Positions 8,048-17,115 of a DNA stretch of 32,000 nt are shown here, piece by piece. The DNA is from Dubosiella newyorkensis (GTDB lineage: Bacteria; Bacillota_I; Bacilli_A; Erysipelotrichales; Erysipelotrichaceae). The position numbers and the translations under genes were made by a program. Location: NCBI RefSeq assembly GCF_001945605.1, contig NZ_MPKA01000047.1, positions 20,466-52,465 of the forward strand, given 5' to 3'. The notes under the pieces are model-generated. The model did no database searches and was not told the DNA's origin. It saw only the letters and a program-made list of their open reading frames with translations. Within the stretch, counting starts at the first letter, position 1. The number at the start of each line of letters is the position of its first letter.

Positions 8048-8499
8048 TTATTTCAATTGGGCATTCGCCGCAAAAGCGTGACCGACAACTCGTCCAACGA
8101 TCCGATATACCTTGTGGATCGGATCAAAAGAAAGAAGTTCCATTTTTTCAATATCGATTCCATTTTCGTCGATATACGCTTCGTCAACATTGATCTTTTC
8201 GATTTTGCCAATGATATTGCCTTCCTCGCTTTGCTTGATCAAAGAACATTCTAGGCAGAGGGGAAGCTCTTGAATAATCGGCGCGTTGACGATTTCGCTT
8301 TTTTGGAGCGTGAAGCCTGCTTTTTCGATTTTATCCGGAACATCGTTTCCGACACGATTCCTACATAGTCGCAAGCATCCAAGTATTTTTTCGTTCCAAA
8401 GCTGATCGTGAACGCTTTTTGGGCCAAAATGTTTTTTGTCATCTTATGACTTGCGCACAAGCACAATTCAACTTGATCGGCATCATACAGTCCGCCCAT
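8048..8499 (-). pseudogene. flavin reductase (FMN-binding split-barrel) gene remnant, frameshifted and lacking its 5' end
   Basis: Two track ORFs (8251-8499 and 8048-8374) together read GGLYDADQVELCLCASHKMTKNILAQKAFTISF...DYVGIVS / GNDVPDKIEKAGFTLQKSEIVNAPIIQELPLCLEC...GHAFAANAQLK. The frame switches at TCGGAAAC (about 8349-8351). The expected ~35 N-terminal residues are not present. Confidence 0.65.
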
Positions 8500-9272
8500 T
8501 CGATATTGTCGCCCACATTCACCTCCTTCTCAAATGCACGCTGAACATGAGCTTTCAGCTTTTCGTTCACGTCTTCATAGGAAATTTTCATCACGTCGTT
8601 TTGTCTCGTTGTACGACTCTGTTCTCCATAAATCCATTCGAGCTCATAGTTTTCATCGATTTCGACAAGATATCCCTCTTGATCAAAGTGAAATGTGTAT
8701 TCGCATACTTTCATATTCAGATCCGTCAATCCAGTCAACTCCCGTTGGGCTTCCACAAGGAAGCGCGCATTGAAACCATCCCGTTCTGAAACCTTAAGAA
8801 CGGCGTGGATCGTATCGTTTTTCAAACTCCATTCAAACTCCGGCTTCAAGCCAATACTACGACCCCGATCGTCCAGCTTCATTGGAAAGCGGATCGCATG
8901 ATACAATTTCGACAAATATCCATAATAACGCTCGCCTTTTTCGATCGATTGCACTTCCAATACATTGATTCCAATATAGCAGAACAGCTCTTCAAATCTC
9001 TGACCATCAAAACGGATCAATTCCATTCGCTTGTCAAAGCCAAACTCATCCAAAATATAAATCGTATCTTCATCTTTCCAATTCATTATGCATTCTTCAT
9101 TGGCAGGTTCTTCCATAACTGTCTTTTGGATCGTATACGAAGTAGTGTCTTTCGCTTTTGCAAATCCCATCATCATCCGATCCGAAATTTGAGCCGTTGT
9201 ATCGGTTTTCGAGCACGACGAAAGCAGTACGGAAAAAATCGAACCCACAATAAACATTGTTTTCATTTTCAT
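8439..9272 (-). CDS. lipoprotein of unknown function, third gene of the ECF sigma cassette
   Basis: Signal peptide with lipobox (MKMKTMFIVGSIFSVLLSS-C). The start ATG at 9272 forms an ATGA overlap with the anti-sigma stop, after GGAGA. I recognise no family. The last ~25 codons overlap the flavin reductase remnant. Confidence 0.65.
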   Translation of the reverse strand: MKMKTMFIVGSIFSVLLSSCSKTDTTAQISDRMMMGFAKAKDTTSYTIQKTVMEEPANEECIMNWKDEDTIYILDEFGFDKRMELIRFDGQRFEELFCYIGINVLEVQSIEKGERYYGYLSKLYHAIRFPMKLDDRGRSIGLKPEFEWSLKNDTIHAVLKVSERDGFNARFLVEAQRELTGLTDLNMKVCEYTFHFDQEGYLVEIDENYELEWIYGEQSRTTRQNDVMKISYEDVNEKLKAHVQRAFEKEVNVGDNIEWADCMMPIKLNCACAQVIR

Positions 9273-10483
9273 TCTCGTTTCTCCAATCTCCAATTATTCT
9301 CTATTTTTTGCAGCCTATATCGTAAATCACTATTGAATGGCACCTCTTGAGTAGACTCTCCATCGATCTTAAACTGGATCGTATATCGTCCTTTCTGAAG
9401 ATAAACCCGCCAAACGAAACTACCATCCTCATTCACCCAATCTTTTACGTATCCGCTAAATTCTTCGACTGGTTCTCCATTTTCACGAACAACAAACGAG
9501 ACGATCTGATCCTTGTCTAACCTTACTGGCTGGATCTGAACATCAAAAGTATACTGGTTCCATATTTCTTCTGACTGTTCGAGCCTCTCGACGTTTTGAG
9601 TAAAAGCGGACAGAGAGCCATACCCTTCTTTTATTTCAGTTTTTAAAAGAGCGTCCAGACTTTCAACACTCACCGTTTCCTTCTTTCCTTGCGATTTCCA
9701 TGTGACGGAAGAAGCATTCTCGATCAAAGAAAGGATCAACAGCGATTCCCGATTCACATACACGTCGGCAAGAGGACGCGCTGTCTCTATGATCAGTCTC
9801 GTGCCATCGAGCTCGAAGGTATAGCTTCCAACAAGACTTGATACATTCATTTTTTTCAGTAGATGGGAGACTTGAGAAGCATTGCCAATGTATTCTACTT
9901 TATACGCATGCAGAAGCCCTAATTCATCGGGGATCTTCGTTCCATCTTCCCATACGATTTGTCCAGCGACTTCGACATTTTCGATCAATTGATCTGTCGT
10001 GTACATAAACGTTTTTCTTTCATCGTTTCCTGGCACGGTAAACACGATCGCTTGAACATGGCTTCCATTCTCTTTCCACTCGACGCGGGATACTTTCCGC
10101 CCTTGATCGAGACATTCTACTTCCAAACTCACTTGATAAGGAGCTACCGTCGTGTTTATATTGAGCAAAGCCGCAGGTGTTTGCCTGCCGATCCAAAACG
10201 TAGATATCGTCAAGAAGCTCACGACGATCACAAGAACGATACATACGCTCAGCCAAATATGGCGACGGCTACGCTTCCTCACCAGTTTCAAATAATCGAA
10301 CTCGATCTTTTCATCTTGATCTAAAATGGATGGGCTCTCTTTCATTCGTTCTAAAGCTTTTTGGCACGAAGAGCATTGGAACAAATGTTCTTCAATGATC
10401 TTGTTCGTTTCCGGACTTGTCAATCCATCGATATAATCGGGAAGCAGATCCTTGACTAGTATATGTAGCTTATTCTCTTCCAT
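9269..10483 (-). CDS. membrane anti-sigma factor (zinc-finger ZAS type) with a large extracytoplasmic domain
   Basis: HLFQCSSC (H-x3-C-x2-C), one TM segment (IWLSVCIVLVIVVSFLTISTFWI) and ~300 external residues containing YIGNASQVSHLL, which is reminiscent of DUF4825 (from memory). It overlaps the sigma gene by 14 nt. Confidence 0.8.
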   Translation of the reverse strand: MEENKLHILVKDLLPDYIDGLTSPETNKIIEEHLFQCSSCQKALERMKESPSILDQDEKIEFDYLKLVRKRSRRHIWLSVCIVLVIVVSFLTISTFWIGRQTPAALLNINTTVAPYQVSLEVECLDQGRKVSRVEWKENGSHVQAIVFTVPGNDERKTFMYTTDQLIENVEVAGQIVWEDGTKIPDELGLLHAYKVEYIGNASQVSHLLKKMNVSSLVGSYTFELDGTRLIIETARPLADVYVNRESLLILSLIENASSVTWKSQGKKETVSVESLDALLKTEIKEGYGSLSAFTQNVERLEQSEEIWNQYTFDVQIQPVRLDKDQIVSFVVRENGEPVEEFSGYVKDWVNEDGSFVWRVYLQKGRYTIQFKIDGESTQEVPFNSDLRYRLQKIENNWRLEKRE

Positions 10484-10931
10484 TCTCTTCCATCTCCTTT
10501 CTCAACTTCTCTCTTGCCCGATAATAAGTGACGCGAGCCGTGTTCTCGCTGATTCCTAGTACCTCGCCGATCTGCCGAAAACTCAAATTCCCATATACTC
10601 GAAGATACATGATCTCTCGAGAAACACTTGACAATATTTGCATTTTTCTAAGTAAATCTACACGAGAGTTTGGATCGCTGATCGAGCCCGCCATAAACGA
10701 TTCATCAAATGGAACATGTTCTGGATTCTTTCTTCGATATTTCGCATACTGGTTTCGAGCAATCGCGCAAAGCCAAGTCGACAATTTAGATTCGCCTTTG
10801 TATGTATGAAGCGAGTGGACCGCTTGATAAAAAGTTTCCTGCATCACTTCTTCCGCCACATCTTCACAGGCTCCTAAAGAAAGAAGATAACGATAGACGA
10901 AGCGCGCATATTTTTGATAGATCTCGTCCAT
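10470..10931 (-). CDS. ECF-type RNA polymerase sigma-70 family factor
   Basis: 153 aa with region 2 (EDVAEEVMQETFYQA...WLCAIARN) and a region 4 HTH (LSFRQIGEVLGISENTARVTYYRAREKL). Strong SD AAGGAGGAGGAAG. Confidence 0.9.
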   Translation of the reverse strand: MDEIYQKYARFVYRYLLSLGACEDVAEEVMQETFYQAVHSLHTYKGESKLSTWLCAIARNQYAKYRRKNPEHVPFDESFMAGSISDPNSRVDLLRKMQILSSVSREIMYLRVYGNLSFRQIGEVLGISENTARVTYYRAREKLRKEMEENGRE

Positions 10932-11084
10932 ATCTTCCTCCTCCTTTGTCTATATGTGTCTAATACGAGCCGATTCGTTACATCTTTTTTATTTTTTTCA
11001 AACTCCATTGAAACGATTGTTTTCTAATATAATGATATCATGCCTAGAAAGAAGGTAAAAACATAGTCGCGGATTTAAATTTTT

Positions 11085-11132
11085 ATAAAAAAAGCTCTTC
11101 ATCCACACCTTTGAGATGCTTTTGAAGAGCTT
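11085..11132 (-). terminator. intrinsic terminator after the GNAT gene
   Basis: AAGCTCTTCA (11092-11101) pairs with TGAAGAGCTT (11123-11132), a 10-bp stem with a large loop. On the minus strand it is followed by TTTTTTATAAAAA. Confidence 0.6.
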
Positions 11133-11143
11133 AGTTGTGGGTA

Positions 11144-12307
11144 TCAAAAATAATCCGCGAACAATACCGGATCCATCACGATCGCTTTTTCGAGCATACC
11201 GACCATCCGCGCGTACGTTCCATTCTTGACCTCGATCTTGTTTCTTCCTTCAATGAGAAGAAGCCGACCAAAAAGCAGCTTGGCCAGCTCGCCCTCGCTC
11301 ATTTTCGCGGTGATCAAGTTCGTTTCATGCACCCGTTTCACCTTGTTGCCATGGATCTCATAAAGACCCGTGTTCCAAGGGGCGAAACGATCGCTCGTGA
11401 TCTCGAGCGCGAACTCGATCGACGACTGGAACGGATACATCTTCAAGAACTTTTCTACATTGATGATCCGCGCCATCATTCCGGGCAGCACGCGAACGAG
11501 CAAATTCTCTGGCCGATCGTCTAAAAGACGATACAGCTCGCTTTGCCCTTCCGTTTCCAAGAATTTGAATTCCTTATATTCTAGATCTTTAAGAACATCC
11601 AACAACGCGAGAAGCACCTCTTCGCCTTTGTTTTTGATCTCAAAAACATCCACGATCCCATCTTTCACTAAATACGCCATATAGCCAACTGGCATCTTGT
11701 CTTTAAAACAGATCACGAACGTATAGTCTTTACGCAAATGGAATTTATACTCTTCCCACCAAGGTTCGCGGACGATCTGACCATATTCGATCAACGGATC
11801 TTCTCTTGCGATCTTTCGAAGATAGGGACGAGCTTCCTCCCATGTCATTTCCATACAAACTAGATCCTCACCTTTTTTTGAAGGAAGCGCTTCGATCTTC
11901 CCCGAATATTCGATCATATCGAAGATCTTTTCATACCCGAACTTTTGATAAAAGCGATAGGAAAAAGGCGCCAAATACGAAAGGACCATATTCTCCTCAT
12001 TCATTTTTTCCAACAACAGCTCCATCACATCGTCGATCCGGCCTTGTCTTTGAAATTCTGGCAAAGTCGCCACGAACCCGATCCCCGCCATTGGGATCAA
12101 AGCGTTGTGAAAATCGATCGTGTATGGGGTTGCGATGATCTGCGAAGCTAATTTCTCGTCCTCGAACGAGCCAAACGAATACGAATGCTCGCATAATGAA
12201 CGCAATCGCGCATCGATGCTCTCCTTTGTGTTCCAAGGAAAACCAACACAAATCACCTTTTTCTGTTCCTCATAGTCCGAACGATCTAGTTCTCTTACAT
12301 TTTTCAT
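11144..12307 (-). CDS. GNAT N-acetyltransferase, Eis-like (GNAT plus C-terminal SCP2-like domain architecture)
   Basis: 387 aa. The size and a Q/R-x-x-G-x-A-type acetyl-CoA loop (EFQRQGRIDDVMELL) fit Eis-like acetyltransferases. ATGA overlap with the upstream HAD gene. Confidence 0.7.
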   Translation of the reverse strand: MKNVRELDRSDYEEQKKVICVGFPWNTKESIDARLRSLCEHSYSFGSFEDEKLASQIIATPYTIDFHNALIPMAGIGFVATLPEFQRQGRIDDVMELLLEKMNEENMVLSYLAPFSYRFYQKFGYEKIFDMIEYSGKIEALPSKKGEDLVCMEMTWEEARPYLRKIAREDPLIEYGQIVREPWWEEYKFHLRKDYTFVICFKDKMPVGYMAYLVKDGIVDVFEIKNKGEEVLLALLDVLKDLEYKEFKFLETEGQSELYRLLDDRPENLLVRVLPGMMARIINVEKFLKMYPFQSSIEFALEITSDRFAPWNTGLYEIHGNKVKRVHETNLITAKMSEGELAKLLFGRLLLIEGRNKIEVKNGTYARMVGMLEKAIVMDPVLFADYF

Positions 12308-13182
12308 ACGATCCCTGCTTTCAATAAATTCTCATTGCCCTCTAACAAATCATCGATCACTTGACCGATACCATTCTCATCGTTGCTGCTCGTCACGACA
12401 TCCGCCACTTTTTTGACCGAATCCATCCCGTTGCCCATCGCAACGCCGATCCCTGCTTCCTTGATCATTTCGATATCGTTTTCCGCGTCCCCAAAAGCCA
12501 TGACGTTTTCCATCGAATAGCCAAGCTTTTTAGCGATCTTCTCGATCGCCGAAGCCTTGGAAACTCCCTTTGGCATGATCTCCATCCATCCAGGCCCCAC
12601 AAGAAGCACGTCAAAATCCTTTAGATCCTCTTTCATCTTCTCGATGTTCTTTTCAAAAAAAGAAGCCGAATGCACAAGACACACTTTATTGATATCTTGC
12701 TTTAAAGAAATATCTTTATATGGAAGATCGATAAAATTTCGCAGCTCGCTACCCGCCTTCAGTCCATAATCCGTCGGCTCGCCAAGCACAAGATTTTTCA
12801 CATTCTTCTTCAAACGGCCAAGCCTAGAAATATAGGAATAAAAATCATACCCACAACAAAAGATCCCCTCCACATTGTATTTTCGACACACCTCTTGGAT
12901 CTTCAATCCATCTTCCGTGCTCAAGACATCATCTAGATCATATTCCTTATGCGCGAAATCATAAATGATCTGTCCATTAACGAGCGCTAGAAAGTGAGGC
13001 CCCTCCTCGAGTTCCAGTGGCTCATACACAAATTTACAACCGTTTTTATCCCGTCCAGAAGCGATCACGATATGCATTCCTTGCGCTTTCGCGCGCTCGA
13101 TCGCCTCCACCGTTCTTACATCCATGGATTTATCGCTCTTTAAAAGCGTGCCATCCAAATCAAAAGCCAATATCTTAATCAT
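12304..13182 (-). CDS. Cof-type HAD-IIB phosphatase
   Basis: FDLDGTLL motif I and a C-terminal GDAENDIEM motif. 292 aa, with a GGAGG SD. Confidence 0.85.
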   Translation of the reverse strand: MIKILAFDLDGTLLKSDKSMDVRTVEAIERAKAQGMHIVIASGRDKNGCKFVYEPLELEEGPHFLALVNGQIIYDFAHKEYDLDDVLSTEDGLKIQEVCRKYNVEGIFCCGYDFYSYISRLGRLKKNVKNLVLGEPTDYGLKAGSELRNFIDLPYKDISLKQDINKVCLVHSASFFEKNIEKMKEDLKDFDVLLVGPGWMEIMPKGVSKASAIEKIAKKLGYSMENVMAFGDAENDIEMIKEAGIGVAMGNGMDSVKKVADVVTSSNDENGIGQVIDDLLEGNENLLKAGIV

Positions 13183-13194
13183 AAGACCTCCAAA

Positions 13195-14163
13195 CTAGTA
13201 GGTTTCAAAAATCATCTTCAACTTCTCTAGATCCTGCGTATATACAAGAGCCACCATCAACAAGATCCTCGCCTTATGCGGAGAAAGCTTGAAGGAAGGA
13301 ATCGTCTTTTGTTCAGGATCAAAGATCTTCGATTCAAAAACCGCCCCCTCCAGCAATCGCGAAGAACGAACGATCCGACACGGTCCATCATACTCTTCGA
13401 CCACCGTCTTGATCGCATTCGAATAGTTTCCCGCGCCGCTGCCCGCCAAAACGATCCCATCATAATGATCAAGCATATATCGCAGCAGTTGGGGATCCGC
13501 ACCAGCATGCACATAAAAAATCCCCACTCTAGGAAGCTGAGAATATTCCAGATGCGCGAAAAGACTCTCGCACGTATGTTTGCGATAAGGCATGTTCTCA
13601 AAATAAACATGCTCGTCCCGCATAAAGCCGAGCGCTCCATATTCGCCCATATCGAAGGCGTTCGTCTTGAGACTATTGGTCTTCACAAGATCGCGAGCCG
13701 AATAGATCGTATCCGCAAAAACCGCCAACACGCCCGCCTTGTACGCGTTAGGATGCGAAGCCAGACTCACCGCTTCATATAAATTCATCGGCCCATCCGC
13801 GCTTACCGCGCTAGCAGGACGCATCGCCCCCGTCATGACGACCGGCTTTCGATTCTGCAGCGTCAAATTCAAGAAAAACGCGGTCTCCTCGAACGTGTCC
13901 GTCCCATGGGTGATGACGATCCCATCGATCGAAGGATCTTTCTCGAGCTGATGACAAAGATCGCGCAAAGCGAGCCAGTCCTTCTCTGTGATATCGTTAG
14001 AATCTTTGGAACAAAGCGGAAAAAGCTTTAAATTCGCCAACGATTTGATTTCAGGGATCGAGTCGATGATCGAGCGGACATCCAAAGTTCCCGCCTCGTA
14101 TTCCGACATGCGGCCACTGCCCGCAATCGTCCCTCCTGTCGAGATCAGCGCAATATTTTTCAT
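13195..14163 (-). CDS. L-asparaginase (cytoplasmic type, no signal peptide)
   Basis: STGGTIAG and HGTDT catalytic motifs. The start is moved to MKNIALIS (ATG 14163), which forms an ATGA overlap with the upstream stop. Confidence 0.9.
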   Translation of the reverse strand: MKNIALISTGGTIAGSGRMSEYEAGTLDVRSIIDSIPEIKSLANLKLFPLCSKDSNDITEKDWLALRDLCHQLEKDPSIDGIVITHGTDTFEETAFFLNLTLQNRKPVVMTGAMRPASAVSADGPMNLYEAVSLASHPNAYKAGVLAVFADTIYSARDLVKTNSLKTNAFDMGEYGALGFMRDEHVYFENMPYRKHTCESLFAHLEYSQLPRVGIFYVHAGADPQLLRYMLDHYDGIVLAGSGAGNYSNAIKTVVEEYDGPCRIVRSSRLLEGAVFESKIFDPEQKTIPSFKLSPHKARILLMVALVYTQDLEKLKMIFETY

Positions 14164-14663
14164 CGTTCCAAATACTTCCAAACATCGACTTCATCCGCCT
14201 TGTCCCAATCGATCGACGAGTCCACGTTCCATTCGCTCATCGTTTTATTCTCTTCATTGAAACCGATCGCGGCAGATCTTACCACACCGTCTTGGATCGT
14301 GTAGATCGTAGGCGTATATAAGAAATAAGGAAACTTCTCTAAAAACTTTTGCCCCTCTTCTGTGCTCGATTGCAGCACTTCATCTTCTTGCTTACGCTTT
14401 GAAAATTCAAAATCGGTCGTGTCCAACTTATAGACCGTAAGAGCATGTCCTTGCTTCGTATCCTCGATATATTGATTCAAGGACTCGCAAAACGGACAAT
14501 TGTCCCGTTCGACAAGGAGCTGGAAGCTTTCCTTGTTTTCAAACATCGTTTCCACTTCCTGCATGCTCACTTCCACCTCTTGAAAGTTTGTCTTCGAACA
14601 AGCGCTCATAAGAAGCAAGCTTATCCCAAATAAAGCGATCCATCCTTTTTTTATCCACCGCAT
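14160..14663 (-). CDS. thioredoxin-fold lipoprotein (CPFC active site)
   Basis: Signal peptide with lipobox (LLLMSA-C) and DNCPFCESL, a CxxC motif. 167 aa. Confidence 0.7.
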   Translation of the reverse strand: MRWIKKGWIALFGISLLLMSACSKTNFQEVEVSMQEVETMFENKESFQLLVERDNCPFCESLNQYIEDTKQGHALTVYKLDTTDFEFSKRKQEDEVLQSSTEEGQKFLEKFPYFLYTPTIYTIQDGVVRSAAIGFNEENKTMSEWNVDSSIDWDKADEVDVWKYLER

Positions 14664-15799
14664 TTTCTTTCCTCCAATCCACTGATCAGCTTCCCGACCG
14701 AAAATGCGAGAGCCTCCAGCTTTTCTTGTCCGTGTAATAAAGCCGTATTAAAATCCATCGCGCGGTCCGCACTCGAAAAAATGCCGATTACACCTTCATT
14801 ATATAAGTCTTCATACCCAATGCCTAAAGCTCCGCTCAAACAAATGGTCGGCACATGATGCTTTTTGGCTTCCCTTGCGATCCCATAGCACACTTTGCCA
14901 TACATCGTCTGCAGATCTGTCTGCCCTTCGCCCGTAATCACTAGATCGGCAGATTTGAGCGCTCGGGCAAAACGAGCATACTGCATCGTCAAATCGATCC
15001 CGGCGACCATTTTAGCATGAAAGACCCCAAGCATCACGCCGCCGATCCCTCCAGCCGCCCCCGAACCCTCAAAAGCATTCATATCCACATGAAAAGTTTG
15101 ATCGATCTTTTGGGCATAATGGGCCATCGCCTGATCGAGCCACTTCATCTGCGAAGGATAGATTCCCTTTTGTTTGCCAAACACATAGGTGCACCCATTT
15201 TCACCAAGCAGATGATTTTTTACATCACAAGCCACGATAAACTCCACATCCTTAGGAATATGGACAAACCGCTTATCGATAAAAGCGATCTTTTCCAACG
15301 AGTACGCATTGTCTTTCAAAAGCTCTCGATCTTTATTATAAAAACGCGCTCCAAACGCTTTTAAGATCCCGGCTCCGCCATCGTTCGTACCGCTTCCTCC
15401 TAGACCCAATACGATTTTCTTGCTGCCGCGCTTTAGAGCGTCTTGCATCATCAATCCGACCCCATAGGAAGAAGAAGCCAGCGGATTGCGCCGATCCTTT
15501 GGATAGAGATTGAGCCCAATACAGCTCGCCACATCCAAGATCGCGAGTTTTTTTTCTTCATTGTACGCATAGGCAGCCCGGATCCTTCTTCCTTGCAGAT
15601 CCAAAGTATCGACTTCGATCATTTTCCCATGGATATAATGACATAAAATATCCGCGAAGCCCTCTCCGCCATCGGCCATCGGAAACAGCTGTGTATTCAT
15701 TGTTCGAGAAGAGCGTTCCAATCCTTTTTTTACGCTTGCGCACGCTTCAAAAGAGCTCATGCAACCTTTAAAAGAATCACACGCGATCAAAACATTCAT
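14651..15799 (-). CDS. glycerate kinase
   Basis: MNVLIACDSFKG N-terminus, a GGSGTNDGGAG motif and a C-terminal VITGEG...D.QT..GK. 382 aa. Confidence 0.9.
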   Translation of the reverse strand: MNVLIACDSFKGCMSSFEACASVKKGLERSSRTMNTQLFPMADGGEGFADILCHYIHGKMIEVDTLDLQGRRIRAAYAYNEEKKLAILDVASCIGLNLYPKDRRNPLASSSYGVGLMMQDALKRGSKKIVLGLGGSGTNDGGAGILKAFGARFYNKDRELLKDNAYSLEKIAFIDKRFVHIPKDVEFIVACDVKNHLLGENGCTYVFGKQKGIYPSQMKWLDQAMAHYAQKIDQTFHVDMNAFEGSGAAGGIGGVMLGVFHAKMVAGIDLTMQYARFARALKSADLVITGEGQTDLQTMYGKVCYGIAREAKKHHVPTICLSGALGIGYEDLYNEGVIGIFSSADRAMDFNTALLHGQEKLEALAFSVGKLISGLEERKCGG

Positions 15800-15912
15800 G
15801 AACGATCATCACCCTCCTTGTTGTGCATTCCATTTTATTTTACCACAAAGCTTGGTAGCAAAAATATCCTTCCTGTTCTATAATATGTAAGACCTAACGG
15901 AGGTTCCATTCG

Positions 15913-17115
15913 ATGCAGAAAAAAAACATCTTGATCGCGGTGAGCGGTGGTATCGCCGCCTACAAAGCCTGCGATCTTGTCAGCCGACTCGGCAAAAAAG
16001 GATACTCGATCAAAGTGATCATGACCCGATCTGCCACCCAGTTCGTCGCCCCGATCACCTTCGAAGCCTTAAGTCACAATAAATGCGAAACCCAAGTTTT
16101 TGATGAAACCAACGAAGACCCGATCGCCCATATCACTTTGGCGAAATGGGCCGATGTCTTCGTGCTCGTTCCTGCTACCGCCAATATCATCGCCAAGATC
16201 GTTCATGGCATCGCCGACGATCTAGTGAGCACGACCGCGCTAGCGTGTTATTGTCCAAAGATCATCTGTCCAGCGATGAATGTCCATATGTATGAAAATA
16301 CAGTCACGCAAGAAAACATCCTTCGCGCAAAACAGCTAGGCTATACGATCGTCGAACCCGAAACAGGCCTTCTCGCCTGTCAAGATGTTGGAAAAGGCAA
16401 ACTGGCCAGTCTCGACACGATCCAAGAAGCGATCGAGTCGATCTTTGATGAAAAGCTCCTAGAAGGAAAACGCGTTTTAGTCAATGCTGGGCCTACGATC
16501 GAAGCGCTCGATCCGGTCCGTTTCATTTCGAACCACTCTTCTGGAAAACAAGGCTACGCCATCGCCCAAGCGGCAAAAAAGCTAGGCGCCAAAGTGACTC
16601 TCATTTCTGGACCTGTCGCTTTAGAGCCGATCCCAGGAATCGAAACGATCTACATTCAAAGCGCCCAAGACATGATGGATGCTGTACAAGCTCGTTTTGA
16701 AGACAATGACTATTTTATTTTAGCGGCCGCCATCTCCGATTACCGTTCTAAAGAGACCGCTCCTCAAAAGATGAAAAAACAAGGAGATACGATGGAGATC
16801 GAACTCGTTAAAAATCCCGATATCCTCGCTTGGCTAGGCGCCCATAAAAAAGAAGGACAGATCGTTTGCGGCTTCGCGATGGAAACAGAAAATCTTGAAC
16901 ACAACGCGCAAGAAAAATGCGTCAAGAAACACTGCGACCTGCTCATCGGAAACAATCTGTTCACCCAAGGGGCAGGCTTTCAGACACCGACCAATGTTGT
17001 GACTCTTTTCACGAAAGACACGATCCAGCCACTCGGAAAAATGAGCAAAGAAGAAGTTGGCGAATTGATTTTAAAAACAATGAAACAAATGGAGGACCAT
17101 AACACATGCTCGTAG
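15913..17115 (+). CDS. coaBC: bifunctional phosphopantothenoylcysteine decarboxylase / phosphopantothenate-cysteine ligase
   Basis: 400 aa with an N-terminal flavoprotein domain (ILIAVSGGIAAYK, PAMN) and a C-terminal CoaB (ISNHSSGKQG). GGAGG SD 9 nt upstream. Confidence 0.93.
   Translation: MQKKNILIAVSGGIAAYKACDLVSRLGKKGYSIKVIMTRSATQFVAPITFEALSHNKCETQVFDETNEDPIAHITLAKWADVFVLVPATANIIAKIVHGIADDLVSTTALACYCPKIICPAMNVHMYENTVTQENILRAKQLGYTIVEPETGLLACQDVGKGKLASLDTIQEAIESIFDEKLLEGKRVLVNAGPTIEALDPVRFISNHSSGKQGYAIAQAAKKLGAKVTLISGPVALEPIPGIETIYIQSAQDMMDAVQARFEDNDYFILAAAISDYRSKETAPQKMKKQGDTMEIELVKNPDILAWLGAHKKEGQIVCGFAMETENLEHNAQEKCVKKHCDLLIGNNLFTQGAGFQTPTNVVTLFTKDTIQPLGKMSKEEVGELILKTMKQMEDHNTCS

Noticed and set aside
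8439-10931. The sigma/anti-sigma/lipoprotein cassette as a recently acquired island
   Set aside because: GATC density (about 33 in 2.4 kb) is only mildly below the core level and far above that of the recombinase block. No recombinase, repeats or tRNA flank the cassette.
11008-11033. Plus-strand TTGAAA ... TATAAT pair in the 10932-11143 intergenic region
   Set aside because: The spacer is only 14 nt and no plus-strand gene follows (the small ORFs are 8-9 codons). I also failed to find an ECF-type AAC-N16/17-CGT promoter here.
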